Of a stretch of DNA of 64,000 nucleotides, positions 1-6,489 are shown in pieces. Each line of letters opens with the position of its first letter. The stretch's first letter is position 1. Position numbers and translations under genes: made by a program. The stretch lies in the IMG/VR virus record IMGVR_UViG_3300035183_000733, positions 309,760 to 373,759 of that record; one strand, given 5' to 3'. The notes under the pieces are model-generated. The model ran no database searches and was not told where the DNA came from. It saw only the letters and a program-made list of their open reading frames with translations.

Positions 1-7
1 CTCAGAT

Positions 8-328
8 ATGAAATACTTAGGAGAGACGCTTGTGGAGCAGAAGGACACTCCATACAAGGATTATGCCAAGGCTGAGTTTGCCCTACTGTTCATCATGAAA
101 TACGGCGGGATAGACGGAGCGCACCACAAGGACTGGGTCCTCGACCAGGTCGCGAGGATACTCAACGATTCTCCGGTGACCATATTCCTGGCAAAATGGG
201 ATAACGGGCAAGAGGAGTACAGATTCCGCGTCGGCGATTCTTCGCGTTACCTCAATTGGGTCGCCGAATGCAAGAACGGGGAGGACGGACCGGACACGTA
301 CAGCTACGAGGAAGGAATTGCGCCCTGA
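8..328 (+). CDS. Hypothetical phage protein
   Basis: 106-aa ORF with phage-like codon usage; no family motif recognised. Confidence 0.6.
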   Translation: MKYLGETLVEQKDTPYKDYAKAEFALLFIMKYGGIDGAHHKDWVLDQVARILNDSPVTIFLAKWDNGQEEYRFRVGDSSRYLNWVAECKNGEDGPDTYSYEEGIAP

Positions 329-388
329 TGTTTTTCATCTCGTAAAAAATAGTATACTTACCTGAATAGAAAAACTAACAGGTAAGCG

Positions 389-1021
389 ATGGAAGAAATA
401 AAGATACAGCAGACTGTTGCGGTCCTGGTGGACGGCAACAACATGGACAAGAGCGCTAACACCTTTGGTGAGTTCATGATGATGGATTACGACCGGTTGA
501 TACCGCGTCTTATAGGTAGGCGCAGTCTGTCAAAGTTCTTCTACCTCAGGGAGGGAAAGAAGATCTCGAAGAAGCTCGCCGAGAGATTACACAAGAATTT
601 TTACGGAATAGTCAAGCCATGCTACAAGAGTGCAGATGTGCCGCTAACTATAGAGGCGGTCCAGCTCGTTGACAAGGTTGACACCATAATAATCCTATCG
701 GGTGATTCCGATTACATGGAACTCGTCAAGTATTTGAGCGCTCGTGGTTGTAGGACCGAGATTGCCGCATTCAGGCACAGCGCATCGACGGCCCTCATAG
801 AGATGGCAGACTTCTACCACGAGATAACGGTGGATGACTGCTTCACTGTGGAGAAACACGGCAAGGATGAGCACGTGGAGTTTGCGCCGGAAATACACGG
901 TGACCTCGGGTTGGCTCCGAAGAAGAAACATGTCATCCTTCCGAAGGACACCAGGGTCGTTGACGTGACAAACCCGGCGTTAACCGAGAAGATACGGTTG
1001 TACGACGAGACCGATCGATAA
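389..1021 (+). CDS. NYN domain protein (LabA/DUF88, PIN-like fold)
   Basis: VAVLVDGNN, IIILSGDSDY, and SAS-x-LIEMADFY motifs typical of NYN. Confidence 0.85.
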   Translation: MEEIKIQQTVAVLVDGNNMDKSANTFGEFMMMDYDRLIPRLIGRRSLSKFFYLREGKKISKKLAERLHKNFYGIVKPCYKSADVPLTIEAVQLVDKVDTIIILSGDSDYMELVKYLSARGCRTEIAAFRHSASTALIEMADFYHEITVDDCFTVEKHGKDEHVEFAPEIHGDLGLAPKKKHVILPKDTRVVDVTNPALTEKIRLYDETDR

Positions 1022-1130
1022 TGCCTATGTGATTATTCTTGACAACGGCAACGAGACCAAGCGGAGGAGGAATAACTTTAAAACCGAAGAAGAAAATGTC
1101 AATAAAAATTAAGGAGGACAGACGGACAGG

Positions 1131-1637
1131 ATGATCGACAAGAGCTACATAGTGCACGACGACTATAACGTAAAGGGCTTCGACGGGAAGTACAGGTTCC
1201 TGTCCAATTTCTTCATGACACCGGTTTATTTCGAGGGCATCAAGTACCCGTCGAGCGAACACGCATATCAGGCCGCTAAGACAGAGGACCAGCCCACCAG
1301 AATGACTATGTTCCTGAACTGTACGGCTGGTGAAGCAAAGAAGAACGGCAGGATCGTAACCATTCGCGATGACTGGTCCAGGATAAAGTTCGACGTGATG
1401 AGCGTCATCGTGTTCGAAAAGTTCTACCGTAATATCGAATTGCGTCGTGAGTTGCTTGCAACTGGCAAGCGCCACCTCGAGGAGACAAACCACTGGAACG
1501 ATACCTATTGGGGTGTGTGCAATGGCAAAGGAGAAAATAACCTGGGCATAGTACTCATGGGCGTGAGGGCGTACTGGGGTTCCAAGTACCCGGAGCTGCT
1601 CGGCAAACCAGTGGCAAACATAAAACCTTTATTTTAA
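1131..1637 (+). CDS. NADAR (YbiA-like) ADP-ribosyl hydrolase family protein
   Basis: FLSNFF, SEHAYQAAK, W-x-x-IK-x-x-VM, WNDTYWG, GENNLG-x-x-LM motifs. Confidence 0.9.
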   Translation: MIDKSYIVHDDYNVKGFDGKYRFLSNFFMTPVYFEGIKYPSSEHAYQAAKTEDQPTRMTMFLNCTAGEAKKNGRIVTIRDDWSRIKFDVMSVIVFEKFYRNIELRRELLATGKRHLEETNHWNDTYWGVCNGKGENNLGIVLMGVRAYWGSKYPELLGKPVANIKPLF

Positions 1638-1647
1638 AATATGAGAC

Positions 1648-1926
1648 ATGGAACAGCCAGAAATAAAAATAAACGATTCGCTGGTGTGCAAGAACACTGC
1701 GCCACTTACCGGGAATGAGGTGGCACCGCCGCTCGAGATGGACAAGGATTACGAAGCAAAGAACGTGCACGTATGCGAGTGCGGACAAACGCACATCGAT
1801 GTGGGACTCAAGTCAGTTTACAACTGGATCCGTTGCTACAAGTGTGATACGCATCTCCCAAACGGAGATAGTGTCCACTGGTGTCATCCGAGCAGATTTC
1901 AAATAAAAAAGGCCATGTTACCATGA
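1648..1926 (+). CDS. Hypothetical protein with Cys-rich (CxCG...CxxC) putative Zn-binding motif
   Basis: VCECGQ and RCYKCD motifs. Confidence 0.65.
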   Translation: MEQPEIKINDSLVCKNTAPLTGNEVAPPLEMDKDYEAKNVHVCECGQTHIDVGLKSVYNWIRCYKCDTHLPNGDSVHWCHPSRFQIKKAMLP

Positions 1927-1950
1927 CCTATAAAAAATTAAAATTAAACT

Positions 1951-2202
1951 ATGGTGTTAATTATCATCATCACATACATAATAGGGTTCGTCTTGAATGT
2001 CGCGTTGTTCGCCACGTTCGGCAAGGCGATGGGGTTCGATTACAGCGCCCCCAAGGACTATTCTAATTGCGACGACTGGGACGGCAACGTCCAGGCGTAC
2101 ACTGCGTTCTCGTTAGGGTGGCCTATAATAGACACATTCCTTATCCTGTGGGGACTGTGGACCGCTCTGACAAAATTAACAGGGGTATTCGTTAAATCAT
2201 GA
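1951..2202 (+). CDS. Hypothetical membrane protein
   Basis: Two hydrophobic segments. Confidence 0.6.
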   Translation: MVLIIIITYIIGFVLNVALFATFGKAMGFDYSAPKDYSNCDDWDGNVQAYTAFSLGWPIIDTFLILWGLWTALTKLTGVFVKS

Positions 2203-2501
2203 AGCCGGAAGAAGGACAGAAAATTTACGTGCCCACCTCGCTGTATGTTTACAGGGGTGCGGACGATTTCGAGGGTGGCCTTGCCACCATCAACAAGATA
2301 GAACACAGTACGCATTTGCCAGAAGACCACTACAACTACACTATGGTCGGCATCAAAGAGAGGCCTGGTACTACTATGTATAACTGGAAGTATCTCATGG
2401 AGAACCAGGACAAGTGGCGCGAGGAATACGGCGATCGTATAGCGCATCCAGATCCTGACGAACGTCCGGAGTTCAACCAACCTAATGCGGATTGGAGATG
2501 A
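2199..2501 (+). CDS. Hypothetical protein
   Basis: ATGA overlap with upstream gene; protein-like composition. Confidence 0.65.
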   Translation: MKPEEGQKIYVPTSLYVYRGADDFEGGLATINKIEHSTHLPEDHYNYTMVGIKERPGTTMYNWKYLMENQDKWREEYGDRIAHPDPDERPEFNQPNADWR

Positions 2502-2843
2502 TGGAATTAACGGAGAAACAAATAAACTATATAAGTACGCTGGCATAGAGGACAAGATTCCTTCTGTGTGACCTACTTACGAGGCGGCTGCTATAGAGAT
2601 GGCGCAAGACCTATGCTACACATGGGATGCTCGCGAACCGGAACTTTATAGAGTGGCGTGTCTACTGGAGCTTAGGGTGCCAGGGTTAAAATTATCACAG
2701 CACCTGGACCCCACACACATAATAAAAAACATAACATTATAAAATACTCGATGGCAAAATAACTTCAAGAGCAAAGGTTACAGCGCAGAGGAGATCGCGG
2801 AGTATGGTAGCTACATCGAGTTGATTGAGGAGAAAATAAAATG
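2498..2843 (+). pseudogene. Remnants of one or two small genes broken by frameshifts/stops
   Basis: Protein-like pieces in different frames: MELTEKQINYISTLA; AAIEMAQDLCYTWDAREPELYRVACLLEL; NNFKSKGYSAEEIAEYGSYIELIEEKIK*. Confidence 0.4.
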
Positions 2844-3581
2844 AAAGTCTGGTTCATAAGCGACACACATTGCAAGCACATGTTTCTGGATATACCAGAC
2901 GGGGTTGATATGGCCATACATGCCGGGGACATGTCCAACTCGAAGGAACCGGCCGTCAACAACAACGAGGTACGCGATTTCCTCGAGTGGTACAAGTCAC
3001 TCACGCATATCAAGTACAAGGTGCTTATTGCCGGCAACCATGATACGTCCATAGAGAAGGGACTCGTCACGAGAGGGGACATACATGAGTCCATAACTTA
3101 TCTCGAGCACGAATACGCAGAGGTCGGCGGACTCAAGATATTCGGCAGCCCGTACACCCCGCAATTTGGGAAGGACTGGGCATTCAATGTGCCGCGCGGG
3201 TGCATCTCCTCGTATTGGGACGATATTCCAGAAGGTCTCGACATACTGATAACGCACGGCCCTCCCAAGGGAATACTCGACCTTACGCAGTACGACACGA
3301 GGGCTGGCGCGGATGGTCAGTCATTCTTCCAGTGCGGGTGCAAAGATATGTTGCGCGCGATAGCCAGGAAAAAACCGAGGTACCACGTGTTCGGTCACAT
3401 ACACCCAGAGGAGAACTGCCCAAATAGCGGCGCTCTGAATATACAGCATTGCGACACAACATTCATAAATGCTGCGGTGTGCAGCTTCGGTAAGTCTGTT
3501 TTTGACGGTGTCAAATTCAAGAACATACATAACAACGGGCACCTCTTTGAGATAAATAAACTGTCTGTGGAAAAATTTTAG
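2841..3581 (+). CDS. Calcineurin-like metallophosphoesterase
   Basis: ISDTH, HAGD, IAGNHD, LITHGPP, HVFGHIH motifs. Confidence 0.9.
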   Translation: MKVWFISDTHCKHMFLDIPDGVDMAIHAGDMSNSKEPAVNNNEVRDFLEWYKSLTHIKYKVLIAGNHDTSIEKGLVTRGDIHESITYLEHEYAEVGGLKIFGSPYTPQFGKDWAFNVPRGCISSYWDDIPEGLDILITHGPPKGILDLTQYDTRAGADGQSFFQCGCKDMLRAIARKKPRYHVFGHIHPEENCPNSGALNIQHCDTTFINAAVCSFGKSVFDGVKFKNIHNNGHLFEINKLSVEKF

Positions 3582-3614
3582 ACGGGGCGTGTACAACGGA
3601 ACAGATTATTTTCG

Positions 3615-3622
3615 TAATTTTG
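3615..3622 (+). promoter_or_regulatory. Bacteroidota-type -7 promoter element ahead of the leader/tRNA array
   Basis: TAATTTTG matches TAnnTTTG. Confidence 0.55.
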
Positions 3623-3684
3623 CTTCAGAATCCGAAACAAATAGGATATATAGGATATAACGTAAAACTTTAATACAGCAGAAA

Positions 3685-3777
3685 ATGTTCGCAACAATAA
3701 CAAAAGGGATGTACACAGGGACCACCTTCACAACGAAGAAGGATGGTAAAGTATTCTCCGGGATTTGCGAGTCATGA
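3685..3777 (+). CDS. Putative leader (attenuator) peptide MFATITKGMYTGTTFTTKKDGKVFSGICES
   Basis: 30 codons, below the ORF-track cutoff; 7 Thr, 4 Lys, 4 Gly, 2 Met, 1 ATA; overlaps the antiterminator arm. Confidence 0.7.
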   Translation: MFATITKGMYTGTTFTTKKDGKVFSGICES

Positions 3778-3813
3778 TGTGCTGAACAGTATACAAGATT
3801 CCTAAAATCCCGG
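3758..3813 (+). promoter_or_regulatory. Putative antiterminator hairpin
   Basis: CCGGGATTT (3758-3766) pairs with AAATCCCGG (3805-3813); GAGTC (3769-3773) pairs with GATTC (3797-3801). Confidence 0.7.
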
Positions 3814-3840
3814 TTAAAACAACCGGGATTTTTTGTTTTT
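3804..3840 (+). terminator. Intrinsic terminator directly upstream of the first tRNA
   Basis: AAAATCCCGGTT-AAAAC-AACCGGGATTTT followed by TTGTTTTT. Confidence 0.85.
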
Positions 3841-3844
3841 ATAC

Positions 3845-3916
3845 GCATCCGTAGCTCAATGGTAGAGCTCCCGGCTCTTAACCGGTAGGTTGAAGGTTCG
3901 AGTCCTTCCGGGTGCA
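3845..3916 (+). tRNA. tRNA-Lys(CTT)
   Basis: Cloverleaf; anticodon loop CT-CTT-AA; T loop TTCGAGT. Confidence 0.9.
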
Positions 3917-3940
3917 CAAAAGGTCTGGCGACCAAAATAT

Positions 3941-4021
3941 TGCGGGGTGACTGAAGATGGTATCAGGTAGGACTCATGATCCTATGCGCAAGCCTCGGAG
4001 GTTCGAGTCCTCCTCCCGCAC
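3941..4021 (+). tRNA. tRNA with CAT anticodon (Met or Ile2), 12-nt variable arm
   Basis: TAGGA-CTCATGA-TCCTA; variable region TGCGCAAGCCTC; GGAGG-TTCGAGT-CCTCC. Confidence 0.8.
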
Positions 4022-4025
4022 AAAT

Positions 4026-4073
4026 GCCGAGTTGAAAGGGAACGCACAGCCGGCGGGCTGCCCCTCGGCTCCA
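4026..4073 (+). ncRNA. Minihelix-like hairpin ending in T-CCA
   Basis: GCCGAG/CTCGGC closing stem, GGG/CCC and CAGCC/GGCTG inner stems, then TCCA. Confidence 0.35.
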
Positions 4074-4135
4074 ATTAGGGAATGACACTGCTGTGGTACA
4101 CCGAGGCAGTGAGGAAGACAGGAATCGGTGTTCAT

Positions 4136-4208
4136 GCGGGAGTAGCTCAGTTGGTAGAGCGTCACCTTGCCAAGGTGAAGGTCGCGGGTTCGAATCCCGT
4201 CCCCCGCT
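4136..4208 (+). tRNA. tRNA-Gly(GCC)
   Basis: Canonical cloverleaf; TCACC-TTGCCAA-GGTGA. Confidence 0.95.
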
Positions 4209-4210
4209 CA

Positions 4211-4301
4211 GTGGACAAGAATGGTCGGGGTTGCGATACCGATCACCCAATGAGAGAGGACCTCGAATCTCGCACAAGGTCATTATCTCACTTGTCCGCC
4301 A
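4211..4301 (+). ncRNA. Structured RNA motif, copy A (3-way junction)
   Basis: GTGGACAAG/CTTGTCCGC, TGGTCGG/CCGATCA, TGAGA/TCTCA, GACCT/AGGTC; homologous to 4816-4900 with compensatory changes. Confidence 0.7.
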
Positions 4302-4306
4302 CATTA

Positions 4307-4395
4307 AGTGGTTCTGTTGTCGTCGTTCATTATTGAGAAATTTAGAACTCGACAATCCAAAGTAAATCCTGGTAATAGGGTCCAGGAGAACCGCT
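4307..4395 (+). ncRNA. Putative structured spacer RNA
   Basis: AGTGGTTC/GAACCGCT closing stem enclosing GTTGTCG/CGACAAT and TCCTGG/CCAGGA hairpins. Confidence 0.45.
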
Positions 4396-4401
4396 GAACA
4401 T

Positions 4402-4473
4402 TGCGGAGAGGTTGTTGGTAACCTTCTGGTCTCATAAGCCTGGACCCCGGCAGTTCGATTCTGCCCTCCGTTA
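4402..4473 (+). tRNA. tRNA-Met(CAT), probably initiator
   Basis: 1:72 T/T mismatch, GGTCTCATAAGCC anticodon arm, GGCAG-TTCGATT-CTGCC. Confidence 0.8.
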
Positions 4474-4477
4474 CAAA

Positions 4478-4550
4478 GGACAAACTGATGTAGATCGTGA
4501 GACCGAAAGGCCGCCGGAGCCAAGGTGAAAATTCCCTTCAGTCCCTGTCT
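4478..4550 (+). ncRNA. Putative structured spacer RNA
   Basis: GGACA/TGTCT and ACTGA/TCAGT closing stems with internal GNRA-capped hairpins. Confidence 0.35.
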
Positions 4551-4559
4551 AAAATATTT

Positions 4560-4649
4560 GCGGGTGTCGCGTAGTTGGTCCATCGCACCAGCCTTCCAAG
4601 CTGGTCAGATAAGGTCAGATCGTGAGTTCGAATCTCACTACCCGCTCCA
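4560..4649 (+). tRNA. tRNA-Gly(TCC) with 17-nt variable region
   Basis: CCAGC-CTTCCAA-GCTGG; variable TCAGATAAGGTCAGATC; encoded CCA. Confidence 0.85.
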
Positions 4650-4733
4650 CGTTCTCTCTGGGTGACTATGAGATGTACCTGACTCTTAACCGCTGAACCT
4701 GGGACCAGTTGGAGGTAGCAAGTGGAGAGAACG
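4650..4733 (+). ncRNA. Putative structured spacer RNA
   Basis: CGTTCTCTC/GAGAGAACG 9-bp closing stem, TACCT/AGGTA inner stem. Confidence 0.45.
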
Positions 4734-4739
4734 TATTTT

Positions 4740-4813
4740 GCATGTAACGCATAAGTGGTGGTGCGCCAGCCTTCCAAGCTGGAACAGAGTCGGTTCGATC
4801 CCGACTACATGCT
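4740..4813 (+). tRNA. tRNA-Gly(TCC)
   Basis: GCATGTA/TACATGC acceptor; CCAGC-CTTCCAA-GCTGG. Confidence 0.9.
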
Positions 4814-4815
4814 CA

Positions 4816-4900
4816 GTGAACAAGATGATTGGGGTTATGCCAATCGTCCTATGAAAGAAGAAGCAGAATCTCACACTGCATCGATATTTCACCTGTTCAT
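4816..4900 (+). ncRNA. Structured RNA motif, copy B
   Basis: GTGAACA/TGTTCAT, TGATTGG/CCAATCG, TGAAA/TTTCA, GCAG/CTGC; loop GAATCTCACAC like copy A. Confidence 0.7.
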
Positions 4901-4903
4901 TAT

Positions 4904-4976
4904 GCTGCTGTAGTTCAGTCGGTGGAACACGTCCTTGGTAAGGACGAGGTCGCGGGTTCGATCCCCGCCGGTAGCT
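4904..4976 (+). tRNA. tRNA-Thr(GGT)
   Basis: Canonical cloverleaf; CGTCC-TTGGTAA-GGACG. Confidence 0.95.
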
Positions 4977-4978
4977 CG

Positions 4979-5161
4979 ATGAAGACAAGAGAGATAAAAA
5001 CGAGGCAGGTCGAACTATACGAGATAGATAAACCTGTCGAATATAAATTGAACGCTATGTCCGATTATTATTGCAAGATAATGGGCGGAAAATTTAAACC
5101 GTCTGTACAGTTCTCGATAACAACTTATCTTGAGCATACGGGCATTAAGAGAAGAATGTAA
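4979..5161 (+). CDS. Small hypothetical protein within the tRNA array (MKTREIKTRQ...)
   Basis: ATG just after tRNA-Thr; the ORF-track start at 4829 runs through RNA genes and is unlikely. Confidence 0.55.
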   Translation: MKTREIKTRQVELYEIDKPVEYKLNAMSDYYCKIMGGKFKPSVQFSITTYLEHTGIKRRM

Positions 5162-5164
5162 ATT

Positions 5165-5246
5165 GCCTGAGTGGCATCAGTGGTCGACTGCGCCTGCCTT
5201 GTAAGCAGGAACTCAAACAACGGGGGTTCGAATCCCTCCTCAGGCT
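5165..5246 (+). tRNA. tRNA-Thr(TGT) with 12-nt variable region
   Basis: CCTGC-CTTGTAA-GCAGG; variable AACTCAAACAAC. Confidence 0.9.
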
Positions 5247-5395
5247 CAAAAAATAATGGCAGATCCGCATGACCGTTTCGGATACTAATACCCAAAGGTC
5301 GTTAATCATGGGAGCCAAAAAATTTAAGAAACGAAAATGAAGCAGAAACGAAAATATAAACGGTAACGCCTTGCTGACTGCGAGGCATCAATCAT

Positions 5396-5468
5396 GCGCT
5401 CGTAGCAAACCGGTTGTAGGCAAATGGCTTTTAACCATTCAGGTCTGGTTCGACTCCAGACGGGCGCA
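5396..5468 (+). tRNA. tRNA-Lys(TTT)
   Basis: AATGG-CTTTTAA-CCATT; TCTGG-TTCGACT-CCAGA. Confidence 0.85.
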
Positions 5469-5492
5469 CAAATAAGAACGAAGTAAAATTTT

Positions 5493-5580
5493 GCGTCTGT
5501 TGCTCAGTTGGCCGAGAGCACCACACTTTTAATGTGGAGTGGGGTAACCACCATCGCAGGTTCGAATCCTGCCGGGCGCA
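5493..5580 (+). tRNA. tRNA-Lys(TTT) with long variable arm
   Basis: CCACA-CTTTTAA-TGTGG; variable AGTGG-GGTAA-CCAC-CATC. Confidence 0.9.
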
Positions 5581-5592
5581 CAAAATTTAAAC

Positions 5593-5683
5593 TGCCCCGT
5601 TCGCTTAGCTGGCCGAAAGTACCGGACTCTTAATCCGGAGAAGGTAACTTCCAACGTGGGTTCGAATCCCACCGGGGCAACCA
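5593..5683 (+). tRNA. tRNA-Lys(CTT) with long variable arm
   Basis: CCGGA-CTCTTAA-TCCGG; variable AGAAG-GTAA-CTTC-CAAC; encoded CCA. Confidence 0.9.
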
Positions 5684-5696
5684 AAATGTATGAACG

Positions 5697-5963
5697 ATGG
5701 AATGTAACGTAGAACGCGAGCTCAGAGAGCGGCTCGTGAATTTCAGGAGGATCTGGGTGCACTACACTCGCCTCGGCTCTCTGTGTGTTACGCTCTTCCC
5801 GGCGGAACCGCACTCTCAGTACCGGATAGTCACCAGGCAGAAACTCGGCGACCGCATCTGGCGCAGGACGAAGACCACTGACGAGAACGGCAACGAGACC
5901 GTGCTCAAGGAGCTGGACGTTGACCTGATCGAGAGAATTGTGAGGGAAGACTTAGCGCTGTGA
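5697..5963 (+). CDS. Hypothetical protein; last codons overlap the next tRNA
   Basis: 88-aa ORF with coding-like codon usage. Confidence 0.6.
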   Translation: MECNVERELRERLVNFRRIWVHYTRLGSLCVTLFPAEPHSQYRIVTRQKLGDRIWRRTKTTDENGNETVLKELDVDLIERIVREDLAL

Positions 5964-6036
5964 CCAGAGATGGTATTGGACCTCCCTCATAAGGAGGCGC
6001 GGAAACGCATCGCCGGTTCGAGTCCGGCCAGCGCTA
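5954..6036 (+). tRNA. tRNA with CAT anticodon (Met or Ile2), long variable arm
   Basis: AGCGCTG/CAGCGCT acceptor; CCTCC-CTCATAA-GGAGG; variable CGCG-GAAA-CGC-ATC. Confidence 0.85.
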
Positions 6037-6214
6037 CAAGTTAGTTCTAAATTTTGTATATTGCCAGTAACTGTTTGATTACAGATAACTAAAACTAAAA
6101 AGGAAAAAATATGTTTTTAATAGGATTCTCAGGTATTGCCCCGCTACGAGAGCTACTGTCAGTAAGTAAAAACAACAGAAGGGAAGGCTTCTGAATTTAT
6201 AATTTAAAAACTAA

Positions 6215-6489
6215 ATGACAATGGAAAAGAAATTAGGGAAAATTGAAAGCGTAACCTTTGGACACGGAGGAAATGTGCTTGGGATGCCGAAATGATTAAG
6301 TGGGACAAAAATTGCAAATGGACAGAAGCCGACAGAGATAAGCAATACGCTGAGATTATGCGTTACCTATCAAAATTATTAAAGGAGGCAAAAGTTGATA
6401 GTGTTGATAAATTAAAAGGTGTGCCGATTGAAGCAACTTTTGATGGCAATATGCTAAAGGAGTGGAGAATTTTGACGGAAGTTATTTAG
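6215..6489 (+). pseudogene. Conserved phage hypothetical gene with internal deletion and frameshift near 6270
   Basis: MEKKLGKIESVTFGHGG in one frame joins KCAWDAEMIKWDKNCKWTE...LLKEAKVDSVDKLKGVPIE in another. Confidence 0.6.

Noticed and set aside
4026-4135. RNase P RNA or tmRNA
   Set aside because: GAGGAAG is only a partial match to GAGGAAAGUCC; the element is far too short and lacks other conserved regions
4478-4530. Hammerhead ribozyme (CTGATG...GAAA)
   Set aside because: Core reads CTGATGT rather than CTGATGA, there is no U-H after stem III, and CTGA is sequestered by the ACTGA/TCAGT stem
3606-5813. ORF-track ORFs 3606..3935, 3963..4583, 4082..4336, 4093..4365, 4538..4777, 4686..4988 and 5529..5813
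   Set aside because: They are translations of tRNA genes and structured spacers
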